Of a stretch of 64,000 bases of DNA, positions 38,030 through 49,340 are shown piece after piece. Made by a program: the position numbers and the translations under genes. Every line of letters begins with the position of its first letter. The first letter of the stretch is position 1. The notes beneath the pieces are model-generated. The model did no database searches. It was not told the origin of the DNA and saw only the letters and a list, made by a program, of their open reading frames with translations. Origin of the DNA: Raillietiella orientalis (taxonomy: Eukaryota); the NCBI GenBank assembly GCA_036172245.1, contig JAYWIR010000079.1, positions 124,001-188,000 on the forward strand, written 5' to 3'.

Positions 38030-39010
38030 GCTGAAGGAACTCCAGTGCACTGTCGATTGCAGCCGTCCGACAAACGCATACTGCCCTTGCCTCAGTGCTG
38101 CCCTTGCTAAGGAAAGCACAAGAGAGTCTTCATCCGGCAAGGTGGAGCAGCAAAAAAGGAAACTACTGGATGTGTGGGAAACACGGAAGGTGACGGACTC
38201 TGCGACCCCGAGTGTCACACCCACAAGACTCGTACTCTGGAGAGAGCTTCTTGGAATTCCTCCAGAGAAGCTGAAGTGGCCTCCGTCGTGCTGGAACAAC
38301 AGCACTCTCCTCTCAGCTGGCAGGAGTTGACACTGCTGGTCTTGCATTGGGAAATCCCATGCAAAGCGCACCTTTACTGTTGGACACGGAGGGAAGGGTG
38401 GACACCGTGACAGTTGCGAGAGAAGGCGACCCTCTCTCGTCTCCTTCTAGACTGTACTGCCATCTCATTCTTTGGGATCTCCTAGCGAGGACCCTTAGAA
38501 TCCCGGTAGGTGGCTCCAGGGACATTTTCAGACGCCTCTTCGTGCGTGCAGCCCTGCCTCCAGCCGCGTTCCTCGCAGTTCACCTCTGTCCCGTTGGCGG
38601 GATCACGGCGGCCTTGATAGCCTGATGAGGAGGATGAAATGTCAGGGTTTCCATCCACTGGGGGCGGATCTTCTTGAAGACCGCTTCGAGATGACCCCAC
38701 CTGGGAGGTATACGGACGGAACTTGCCGGCATCCTGGACAGGATGCAGAGGACGTCTAGTAGCAAGCAATGATCTCTTCCTGTTCTCCTCCATTCCCTCC
38801 TCCTTTCCCCTTCAAGAGAAATTCTGTACCTTTTTTCGTTTATTTTTCTTTTTGTTTGTCTCCGCCTCCCCTTTGCTGCCGAGACGGGGCCTCGCCGGTC
38901 TGCGTACCGGCTGCACGACAAGCGTAACCTTGAACATGGTAAGACTGGAGGGTCCTACCACGTTCAAGTCACACAGTGCAAATTTATTATTTGTCATAAT
39001 AAATGCCCTA
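38030..39010 (+). mobile_element. L1/Tx1-type LINE 3' fragment
   Basis: LHWEIPCKAHLYC...LSRLLLDC (zf-RVT region), ORF2 end, 3'UTR with hairpins, AATAAATGCCCT (terminal stem truncated). Confidence 0.7.
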
Positions 39011-39089
39011 GAAAATTAGCTTAATAAAAAAGCGCATAGTTTGGAGGCAGCGATGCAGATGCCTGCTCGCACCTGAGATTTCCCTGTTA

Positions 39090-39445
39090 CAATCCCATGG
39101 TGAGGACGACCATTGCCCTCTTCATCACCGCCATACTTGTGCGGTGGTGGAAGATGAGGCAAGTTAGGAGAACCGCAACCCCGATGGAGATCCTACAAGG
39201 ACTCATCCGGAAGGAGATCGGTGTCAGGAACTGTGGACGACTCCAAGCCTGGACGTACCGATTCATCCTGAAGAGGATTGAGGACGACGCCCGGGACCAA
39301 ACATCTGGAAACCCAACCTGAATGCAGAACTTTAAATAACCCAAAGGACTTTCAAGTGGTATTGTATTGTGTGAATGGAAATTGTAGTATGAATGTTAAT
39401 ATTGAAAAATAAATTTACCCCACCCCTTGTGGGATTTGGGGAAAA
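39090..39445 (+). mobile_element. 3' end of a second LINE family
   Basis: ORF end 39097-39321, TG-rich UTR, AATAAA (39408-39413), CCCCA...TGGGG stem, then AAAA. Confidence 0.4.
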
Positions 39446-39499
39446 CTGAGGTTTGGCTGCAGTTTCAAAGTAGAGAGAGCGTTTGCTCTCTGAATTCCT

Positions 39500-42140
39500 T
39501 GAAGGAAGCTGCAGTGATCAACGCCGTCCCGTCTCGTCTTCACGACTGGACATTGTGCTGGTGATCTCGTTAATGGGGGGAAAATCTTTCGACACGTTAC
39601 AGGAGCGTTTTTTTTTTTTTTCATTTTCCTTGAAACTGCAGTTACGTCTAACCTTCGGGCAGCCACTGGCGGCAGATTTGGGCCAGCGCGGACTGCAGCT
39701 GCCACCCTGCATTTGCGTCAGTGGTTGGTCGAAAAGCAACGCAGACTTGATCGACTCTCTACGGAAGAATCAGAGAAGTTGCGTCGAGCGCTTCCAACCA
39801 CCAGCACGGGATGACAATGCTTCCGAAACTCCCGGATGGGAATTTGCTTTCCTTCTTTCCTCCAAGCTTTGCTCCCAATTCAACAGAATGGCTGTTTTCA
39901 GCTCTGGTTAGGCCGAGTGAAGACATCCAAGCAGCTTCCCTCCATCTCCAACATCTCAATTGCAGTGAAAAAAAATGCCGCAGATGTCCGATTGCCGCCA
40001 CTTCACATGTGGACGCTAATCCGAAAAGAAAGCGAAAATTCTACAGCGAGTCAGAAGAGACAGGGTCTCCATCCCTTTGGTGCCACCAGCTCTCCCTCAA
40101 GAAATACTTGGATGACCAAACTCCACCCACATTGATTCGGTACGTAGCGTCACGAGGGGTCGTTGCAGGAAAACGCGCATGAGACATGCCGTTCGGAATT
40201 CAAACGTGGAAGAATCGTATCACAACTAGCTAGTACACTCAAAGCTTGCAGCTGCTCACTGCTTCAACAGACGGAAGAATTCGTGGAGATTTAAACAACT
40301 CAAGTCTGACAGAAACCATACAACCAAAAGGTGGACAAGAACTTCTTCTTCAGCACTATATTTATCATTGCTTCGGTCTGGTGCTTCCTATCTTCTGTTG
40401 CAGCTCACTCCATCTTTTAAAAGAAGTGAACTTTCATATCCTTTGGAACTTATATTCTTATCCTTTGGATCTCTCTGATCTTTGCAGCTTCACTCGATCT
40501 CGTCAGATATAGTTCAAAAGAACCCAGCACAGCCATCAAAAGAACAAAAACAAGAGCAAAGCTAAAGTATGGCCCGTGGGGTCATGGATGGTCATGAAGA
40601 CATTGCATCCAAGAATACGATGCGTGCCGTTGATTCTACTTGATTGCTCCCACCTTCCTTCAAGAACATCAACACAACCCAAACAATCTCCATCCAGACC
40701 TCAGTCCAGGAATCCTGAAAATGTAAAAAGCAAAAAAATATATTTGAAAACAAGGTACATAGATGGGAACAAGATAGAGAGAGAAAGAGGACCTAAATGA
40801 TGAGAAATTGGTTGTTCAAACTTGGGATCTTGTCTTTCTGAAAGGTGATGCAAAAAAAGCAAGAACAAGGTAAACTTAACAAATGTAAAATAGGAAGGAA
40901 CAGTACTTGGACAACACCAACCTTGCCTTGGATGAACGCCCTTCACGAGAGATCTTCACAGACCGAGCCTTGCAACCAACGGTATATTCCTGCGATGAGC
41001 GCAAGGAACAATCGTTCTCCTTCATCCCCACCGCAGCGGGGAGGAAACGATCCTTGAGGCAGGGCAACAACAGATCCATTAGCGACACCCCACTAAGAAC
41101 AAGCGGGATGTCCAACCCTACGGCTCGCCACCAGTCCTTCCCCACAGAAAAATCCGAGATCCGCACTCCCTTGGAAGAAAAGAAGAGACGCCACTGGTCC
41201 CGAAACTCCGACAACCGGACACGCCCAAACGGCCCCCCTTCCCTCGCAGCCGTACAGCATCGCTCCAAGCAGCCGCAGCAGCGAAGCCATCCTCATTGTC
41301 CTGCACTCGCACGCTCCGCTCTCCCTGCAGAGCGGCGTGCTTTACAGAGCGCGTCTTCCTGAAATACACCTCCCCCAACCCATCCCGGACCCACAACCCA
41401 GCGAGCACACATTGCGGGCAACGCAAGTGTGGACAATCCATTTATTGCTCCGAGAGACCACATCGAAGGAAAGGCGGGAGGATTGCTCTCGGGGCGATCC
41501 CGGCCCGAAGCAGACCACCGCTTTGCTTTCGCCTCGTCCCGAACCTTCTTCTTCCTTGCAGCACGGCGAACAGCCACGCGGGAGCAGCAGTTCCAAACAC
41601 TGCCAGCGCATCGAGAGCAGCAACGGACACGCCGATTCCCCAAGCTTCTCGTCTCATCTGAAGAGGGAAAAAATCTTTCACTTTCGCTTGAGTGCGTGCG
41701 TAGCTGGGATGCTCACCACCTGACTCCCGACACCTGCCGCAGGAGGAGGATTGCGCGAGAGAGAGAGAGGAGAGAGAGAGAGAGCCAGTGGGTGCTGCCT
41801 CGTCGCGACGGCAGCACCCGCTTGGGACTATACTCCCGTCCAGAGCGCAAGAAGTCTTCCGGACCCCGATTCTGCCTGGCAACTGGCAAGCGACCCGGGA
41901 AACACGCGCACTCCCTCCCACTCTGCGCGCGTCGCACTTGAAGCAGTGTGAGCCGATTCACAACTGCCGTGAGCCCACGCGATCCTGTCCAAGCCACCCT
42001 CCTACCCTTGCAGGCCAGGACTCTCCGCAGGGACAGGCGACGCCAACCTGAGGGAACAGAATAAAGAAAACCCCCTGAGGAGGCGCACATGTCGAGGCGC
42101 TTGGTTGCAGCTTTCCGGGCAACCACCTGAGGGGGAAAGG
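39500..42140 (+). mobile_element. Decayed L1/Tx1-type LINE ORF2 (RT to zf-RVT) with structured 3' end
   Basis: KLPDG..FF, RCPIA..VD, NNSSLTETI, NKSKAKVWPVGSW (RT end), FCLATGKRPGKHAHSLPLC (zf-like), then AATAAA (42060-42065) and a multibranch hairpin to 42135. Confidence 0.5.
41757..41784. repeat. (GA)n microsatellite
   Basis: Interrupted GA run. Confidence 0.85.
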
Positions 42141-42681
42141 ACAGCAGGTCTATCAGAAGTCTATCAGCTGCTGCGCGAGCGGCGAACGCGGCTCAGAGAG
42201 CGCAGAATTCCCCCACCGCGGGAAAACGGCGGCCCACGCGCAGCCTCCCACGAGTGAGCCACCCCGAGCAGGCGGCAGGCAGCAGCCAGCGACCGCCCGC
42301 ACATCCGAGGGAGGTCGAGCACCGGCGATGGCATACCATCCGTCGGCACCCATCCGGCAAAGAGCCTCGGCGCGCACAGACACCTCTCCACGCGCTGGAA
42401 GAGCTACGCAGCTTCTTCGCAGGCGGGCAACATCCCCACCTCCGGTGCTGCGCGTCAGGAGTGCCTGCCTGCCGCAGCTCGACGAGCGGGCTCGCGAGGC
42501 GTCCCTACGTCTGGCGCTCCCGGTCACCTCTTGAGAAGATGCGAAGGGCGGCTTTGCCAGTCACCTGCGGGCGCACTGCGAGGCCGGGGAATGGCAACCT
42601 CACCCGGTCATCCGCCGGGGCCCGCGTGTCGCGGGCGGGTCGGTGTCTTCCTCTCGTGCCGGACGAAGACCAGCTCTCCGA

Positions 42682-43539
42682 TCAGGTTCGGGCTACAGCT
42701 CCGGAGCAGGAGGCCCGCTCCCTGGAACAGCCGTCGCCGCAGCCGTCGACTCCGGGGGAAGCCTCCGCGAGGGTCCCTCCGCACCGTCGTCGCTCGGATG
42801 AGCCTGAAAGCAAGGGCGGGATCGGTGGAACGCATGTGGCCAGGAACGAGGGCACAGGAAGCCTCCATCGTGTCCTTCGGGACGGACGGTGGCGGTGGCA
42901 GCGGACGCGTGAGCGCAGCTGTCGCCCACCTCCGTCCTTCAATCGCCAATCTTTCACGCAGTCCGTCGCTCGGGGCGGCTCCGCATGACCTGTCGTGCGC
43001 CGCGCCTGCAGCGAACGTCCGAGAGAGGGTGCCGCCAACCAGCAAGAACGGGTCGCCCGAGGGCGTCGACCCCTCGAAGCTCGTGGACGACCGGGACGGC
43101 AGCAACGCGGCCGGAGGGCCGACGTCGCAGGTCGGCAGGCGGGCAGCGCTCGCGCGTTCCACCCGAACGGAGCTTGGCATCCCGGCAAAAGCGGAAAAAG
43201 GCGACCGCCAAAGGCAGGTAAGGTCAACCGGACGTCTTGTCCGGGACCGGGACAGCCCGCCGCAAGTAGGGTGCGAGCGGAAGCTCTCGCACGCACCCCC
43301 GGACCGAAGGGGGGCAAAGGAAGGGGAAGGGGGAGCACACTCACCCTCTCGGGGCCGCTTTCCTGATGGGGAGGCACCTTCCAGACGAGATAGGAGGCGA
43401 CGAGGACGGCGACGCCCAGCAGCACCGTAACGACGTCCACCAGGCACTGCAGGAAGTCCTCCGCACCGTCCCCCGCGGGCGCCACGCGGATCCGCGTGAT
43501 CGCGCCCGGGTCGAACGTGGCCTCGGGGAAGGTGGGCAT
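42682..43539 (-). CDS. Putative 3-exon small single-pass membrane protein (130 aa), function unknown
   Basis: Exons 43345-43539, 42930-43005, 42682-42803; donors GTGAGT and GTGGGC; acceptors gctgcAG and ctttcAG; phases consistent; hydrophobic segment LVDVVTVLLGVAVLVASYLVW. The region is GC-rich, so a chance model is possible. Confidence 0.3.
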   Translation of the reverse strand: MPTFPEATFDPGAITRIRVAPAGDGAEDFLQCLVDVVTVLLGVAVLVASYLVWKVPPHQESGPERVSVLPLPLPLPPFGPGVRARASARTLLAAGCPGPGQDVRLTLPAFGGRLFPLLPGCQAPFGWNARALPACRPATSALRPRCCRPGRPRASRGRRPRATRSCWLAAPSLGRSLQARRTTGHAEPPRATDCVKDWRLKDGGGRQLRSRVRCHRHRPSRRTRWRLPVPSFLATCVPPIPPLLSGSSERRRCGGTLAEASPGVDGCGDGCSRERASCSGAVART

Positions 43540-46500
43540 CCCGCCGGCCGCGGCAAGACGAGAGGTGGGCCGAGGGAAGAGGCCTCTCGGACGGCCTAGA
43601 CTTTTCCACGGAAAAGCCTCCCGCGGTTTCCATGGATACGAGGCCGCCGGCCGTCCAGCGCACCCGCGGCCCGCTTCTTGTCGGCGCCGTCGAGCGGTCC
43701 CGTTACGGGGTGGGATGGTGGTGAACTTCCCTTCCCCTCTCCCCTCCCTTCCCGTTTTTCGCGGCTTCCCTTTCCCTTGTTCCCCATCCTCGTCCTCGTC
43801 CTCCATCCGGGTGCGCGCGTCGCGCATTTCCATCCTCTGGGCGGCCATCAGGCGCCGCCCGCTTCTTTTTTCTCACATCACACGATCACTGCTCTGCGCT
43901 TCAGGGAAACTTCCGGCCGTCTCTCGTTTTCTTCTCGACCCTCTTTCTGCCCATCCCTCCATCTCCTCTTCCCACCCGCCCCCAGAGCGCGCGCACGCGC
44001 AACAGCCAGTTACGCAGACGCGTCCTGTCGCAAGCCGCATTAGCAGCTTCCAGGCTTCCCACAGAGGAGGATGGCGGGTCGCACCGTTCCTTCGAGCACG
44101 GCGCTGCATCCGAGCATCGGACGACCACGTCCGTCTTCTTTTTCTTTTCCTTCTGCTCCGGCCTCCTCTGGCGCCCTTCCTCCCTCGCATGGAGTCGTCC
44201 CGGTGCTTGCTGCTCTCCCACGACTTCGCAAGCGCTGCATGCGATGAGCTATCCGGTCAGCGCCTTGGGATTCCGACCGCGAGAGTGCGGCCGCTGCCTC
44301 CACATCCGTTCTTCTTCCTCCCTCCTGATCCTCGATAGCTGGAGCTCGGGAGTGGCGTTTCCGGGAATGCGTCGGCGTGGCGGCTCCACCGAACGCGCAC
44401 CCCGACGGTCCTCCCGCGCATTCCCAGGACATCTCCCTGTACCCCCGTGTCGAAGCAGACGCGGATCCCCCCGGAGCTGCTCCACCCTTCCGGTAGCGGC
44501 ACTCCGCCGTCGAGCGAGCGACGGGAGACGACGCTGCGCCCGTCGCACCGGCCTCGCTCTATGCGTCCCACCTTTACCACCTCCAGCCTTCGCCGCACGC
44601 GTGGCCCGGGCGCGCCGCCCTTCCGGAACCACGTGTCGCGCTACCGGTCGTCCTGAGGCACGCGCCCTGCGTGTCCGGAAAGGACCCTCCCCTACTTGAG
44701 CTCTCCCGGCACAGGCAACGGAACCGACTTCGCTTCGCACCGTCCGTCCGGCGGCTACCCTGCCGCGCGACTGCCACGTTATCTGCCGCCTTCCCGGGTT
44801 CGCACCACGCTCTCTTGCTTCGCCGTCGACGTCGCCCATTCTGCGACGCGCGTGCATCGTTCGGCTCTTCCCGAAATGGTCCGGATGCTTGGCGCCGCCG
44901 CTCGTCCCTCTCGAAAGCCGCGTGGAAGGCTCGAACCGGGCGTTTTCCACGGCTGTCGACGCGAGCTCGGAAGGAGGGGGGGCGCTTCCGGATAGCGGCG
45001 GTCCGCTTGCCCGGCACAAGGAAGATCCGCGTGACCGTTCGCCGGCCGCGGTCCGCATCCTCCAAACTCTTCGCGGTCTCCGGATCGGATCGTCCCGGCC
45101 AAGGACGCGCGAGCGTAGAAATGCCGCTCAGGATGGCGGGCACGGCGTCTCGCACCGACCGACGAAGAGGGATAGCAGGAGACGTGCAAGGGTGCTCGTC
45201 TTCGGTCTCATCCTTCGGCGCTGCGCCGGCACCGAAAGACTCTCGTCGCCGCTGCCGCGCTTTTCTTGCAGTACGCGAAGATTTGGCTTCCTTCGCCAAA
45301 TGTTCACATCGTCCCAGAAGGGAAGCGTGCGGTCCGTCTGCGTTCCTCCTGGAAGGTCTTTCGTGGGTCCCCTACCGCCCGGAGAACGGAAATGGCTGAC
45401 GCCAGCACACTCCTGGGCTGCAAGCCAGGGAATGCACTCGAAGGACGTTCGTGCCTTGCTGCTTTTCCTCAGCCGTCCTTTGGAAGAAGTTTTGCGAGAC
45501 TCGGCGAATCGGTCGAGCGCACCCGCTTGCCGCGGCAGCGCTTTCTGCTGTCCTCGGGGAGGAGGGAACGATGCGGGGAGGGGAAGTTTTCTTGCACCGC
45601 TGCAGGAGAGACGATACTCCTTGACGTGCCGGTTGGCGGACGACGCCCTTCGCCAGTCTGCGTGGCATGGCGAAGGCGCCACCTTGTCGGTAGAGAAAGC
45701 TGTTGCGCTTGCATCCCGACGAGCGCGTGGTCGCTCCCTCGCGATGGAGAACCTTGGCTTTCCCTCGAAAGCAGGAGCGCAGCGTGCTGCCATTTCTGCG
45801 TCGGGCAGTCCAGCGCTGGCACCTGGTCTCCGGGAGGGAGGTCGCATCCGCGAACCGTCGCGTCAGGCGAGGATCGCCCCGTGACGAGTCGCTGCGTCCG
45901 CACCAGCGCCACCACCTGACATGCCTCGCAGGCCCTCAGGCGCAGCGAAGGGAGGTCACTTGCGTGGAAGGCGCCTACGTGAGGACGGTTGCTACGTGCC
46001 TTCATCTGGAAGAAGGAGACAATCGCGGCATCCAGCACCGACTCCGCAGAGAAGGAACGGCCGACACCGGCGATCCCTGGCCCCGCACTCTCCTTTTTTC
46101 CATTTCCTTTTTTCTTGAAGGAAACTTCGGTTTTGTCATCTTCCACCCGCTGCAGACTTGTTCCGACCCTTTTCTTTTCCGGAAGAGACGCGACTACTCC
46201 GTTGTGCTGGCCTCGTGATTCGTTAGTTGTCCTGCCTCCCTTCCGTTCCCAGCTTCTAGGTGATGTCGCGACTTGCGTGCCGGTCCTCCGGAACTTCTTT
46301 TGCCTCCGGCTGGGACCCGAAGCCTCGACTGGTTGAACAGACGGCTCGCTGCGAACGGGGGAGAAATTTCATGCGGCGTCCGGAAGATGCCCCGGCCGCC
46401 GCGGCTGAGGCGGCGCCCGGCAAGGCGTTTGAGAGAGGCGACGCACAGATGAGGACAACTGCGGTCTCCGGATGGTTCGTGCCTCGCTGAAACACCATTC

Positions 46501-46693
46501 GCAGCCAAGAGATTCGCATCGAACCCGCTGCACGGCGGGAAACCCCGGAAAGGGGGCATCTGATTTATTGTCTGGGTTCTCGCCCTTTCTTGTCCACCTG
46601 TCCCGCATTCGTGCGGCGGATTCGCGCTACTTGAGAAGCCACGGTCGTTGAAAGGCGGACATCCGGTGGCTTCCCTCCTCTTTCCGTGATCTG

Positions 46694-47113
46694 TCACCGA
46701 TACACCGTCAGGAAGTCAGGATGTCCGTCTATCCCGTATACCCTGTAGAACTTGTCTGTTTTGCGGTATTTTGCGTAGCGGTGACGATGATATCCTAGGT
46801 ATTCCTGGAGCGATTCTTGCTCAGGGAAGTCCTCTTCTGATGGTAAGTCCGTCTGCTTTGTGTAGTACGTGGTTTCCGGAGACAGCTCGAAAGCAAACGC
46901 CGTGGTGGATTGAGTTCGGACGTCCTGACAGGAGAGATGCCACTGCTCTATTTTCGTTTCCAGGTCGCTTATCACGTTTGCGAGATGCCTGTTCTTGGAT
47001 TCCACGTAAGATGACCACAGCCGTATTTGCTCGGTGGAATACCATCCATGAATGAGGAGCTTCGTGACTTCCCTATACGTTGTTTGCAAGTAGATGTGGG
47101 CATCAAAAGACAT
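46694..47113 (-). CDS. Orphan ORF/exon MSFDAHIYLQ...DFLTVYR (139 aa; 3' part of the 201-aa ORF 46694-47299), left-arm copy
   Basis: Protein-like composition in a ~50% GC segment; the ATG follows a strong acceptor (ctctcttttAG|aATG); identical in both arms. No homologue recognised. Confidence 0.45.
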   Translation of the reverse strand: MSFDAHIYLQTTYREVTKLLIHGWYSTEQIRLWSSYVESKNRHLANVISDLETKIEQWHLSCQDVRTQSTTAFAFELSPETTYYTKQTDLPSEEDFPEQESLQEYLGYHRHRYAKYRKTDKFYRVYGIDGHPDFLTVYR

Positions 47114-48578
47114 TCTAAAAGAGAGGTTAAGGTGCCTTTGTGATCCGGATTGATTTCGTAGCATGTGCAACGTGCGCTCGACCGCCGTGGCAGCCTCAGT
47201 GGCACACGGAGAATACAAGACAATGGATGGAAAGGAATGAAAATATCTATCATGACTTTGACGAATGTTTCTCTGTTCTGTCCGAAAAGCTTCACGCATT
47301 CAGATATCTGTGAAGTGACTTCTTGATGTTTCAGGCTTTACGTTGAGTGTTGGGAAACGTTGCGTTGCGTTGGTTAGCACGCAGAAAAGAGCACGAAAGA
47401 GCGGCGGCTGCGTGTGAAAATTGGAACAGCAACCCGTGCATGCTCGCTTCGGGAATTCAGCTCGTCCTGCGGGGGGAATTCTCTTACGGTCCACGCTCGC
47501 AATTTTTGTTCCGGCATCTTCATGAAAGGGTTAATAATCAATGGATGGTAGAGAGCAGCATGGGAGGAGGATCGACCGATGCGAAGAAATCGAATAACAG
47601 GTGATGGAATACGCTTTCAGGGACGCATGCTTTGGAAATTGTCATCCCGGAAGTCGAGCAAAAGTTCACTACGGTGCAACGGCCACGTGCTCCGCATGGC
47701 TCGAGACGGTGAGAACCTCTTCGAGAAAAAGAGCAACTTGAATTTCTCGGAATGCAAGATGCATGTTTCTGGAATAGAAGGGAAAATGCAAAACCCGAAG
47801 CCACTAAGAGTACTTTCGAAGAGCTCTCGTTTGGTTCCTGCAGAAGGGAAGGAACGAAGTGGGGTGGTGTCTTGCTTTTGTATTTGAATTCGAATCCTTC
47901 CTCGTGGAATAAGGAAAATGAGCACGCAACTTGCTAGCGGATGGACTATCGATAAAAACTACCGCTCGCTAGAAGGCGAAACGAAATTCCAGTTGAAATT
48001 CAGAAGAATTTGAACTTTCGCTGCGAACACAAAAGTTTCCCTCGAATCGATTGGAATATCCTGGGATTTGGAAAGGTCTTGGAAAGCAACTTGCTATGGA
48101 TTTTAGGCTGTCCGATTTTTTTCCTCCTCATCTACTGGAAAACGGAGATGTTTTCCAGCATCGCCGAGGGCATTCTTCGCCCGAAGACCGCTCATCATCC
48201 TGTGCAGCCGCACTCAATTTTGTTGACATCCCTTCTCTGAATCGTCGTCTGTACCTGTCTTCTTCCAGCCCCCAGTCTTCATCGCGACTAGACCCGCAAA
48301 GAGATTAGAATTCAAGGAAAGAGCTGGAATAATGCAATCGTTAATCTCCCTGTTGCGAGCAGCAGAATCGGATGCTGGAGAGCGCTGCAGAGAACCCGGT
48401 TTTCTTCCGTTCGAAACTACATTCGACCTTCTTACTTTCCTACCGAAAGTCGATGGCGGAAGACTGAATGCCGAATTGTGTATCGCAGCATTACTTCCCT
48501 TCCAACGAACAGGCGGTGGTTATTTGGAAGTCATCTTTTTCTGAGGTCATTGAATGCAATGAAAGTTTTTATTACAAT

Positions 48579-49340
48579 TGTCTGCTTCGGAGTCCGTCTG
48601 GTTACGGTGGTCTCCGCGCGTGGCACCATGCGTCGTGAGTTCGAATGCTCCGAATGAATCGACTCAGTGCGTCGTGGGTTCCGAATTCGTCCCACAAGAT
48701 GACGCTGGTTGGCCTACATTCATCCGGATTCGGCACTGGTAGCTGTTGAAACCAGATGCCCCCGATGAGGGCTGGGACAAATGGGAGTCGACTTCCGGGT
48801 CCTTCCAGGACTCACGCATTGGAGCTCCCCTCAGGTTGTGAAGGAGTGGCCTCCCCATTTTGGGGGAGACCCCTCCGCGTCAGACTGATGGAGTAGGTGT
48901 GTCGCCACCACCTCTCCAGAGAGTGCAGAGAAGCGAGCCGATCCCTTCGGGGAAGCTGCGTCCTTCTGAATTTTGGAAGCGTCTCATCTGGGTTCTCTTC
49001 AGAGGAGTAAAAACAGGAGCGGGTCCCTTGCGGGGGATCCCTCCGGAAAAGAAATTCCAGGATCGGATCCTTTCCGGGTTTCCTTCAGAGAAGAAAGAGT
49101 AGAGCGAACCCCCCTGGGGGTACTCCGGAGAGAATAAGGAAGGAGATTCCCTTCAGGATTCCCCGTCGTCGACAACCAGGGAGGAATTGATCTCTATTTC
49201 CGGAGATCCCTCCCCAGGCGCGGGAGGAACGGACTCCTATTCCTTCCTGGATTCTTATGGCGGACCCCTCCCGGGATACCCCCTATCTTGAAGAATTACC
49301 CACCCTCGGGTGGCGTGGAACCATGTCGAAGAACTGCGAA
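48579..49340 (+). mobile_element. 5' fragment of the L1/Tx1-type element (tRNA-like head and 5' region)
   Basis: Aligns from its first base with the reverse complement of 37843 onward; two tandem TGCGTCGTG(A/G)GTTC(C)GAAT units, then CAAGATGACG. Confidence 0.65.

Larger units (their letters stand above)
42636..48510. repeat. Left arm of large inverted repeat (outer limit set by the window end on the right arm)
   Basis: The reverse complement of the last window bases matches from 42636; identical ORF sets are mirrored; similarity ends near gcagcattacttcccttccaacgaaca (~48510). Confidence 0.97.

Noticed and set aside
38615..38650. CTGATGAG...GAAA hammerhead-like core
   Set aside because: Stems I-III cannot form, and the motif lies inside decayed ORF2 coding sequence.
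42075..42100. CTGAGGAG hammerhead-like core in the 3' structure
   Set aside because: No GAAA follows the candidate stem II.
42601..42620. CCCCGGCGGATGACCGGGTG (minus), resembling the LINE terminal stem-loop
   Set aside because: No AATAAA or 3'UTR homology; plausible by chance in GC-rich DNA.
42150..46690. Dozens of long overlapping Arg/Pro/Ala/Gly-rich ORFs (also 60000-64000)
   Set aside because: Expected from stop-codon scarcity in GC-rich DNA; present in all six frames with no recognisable domains.
47300..47494. In-frame upstream ORF separated from the 201-aa ORF by one TGA (readthrough or selenocysteine idea)
   Set aside because: It starts at GTG, is not protein-like, and no SECIS was identified; the internal acceptor plus ATG is a simpler explanation.
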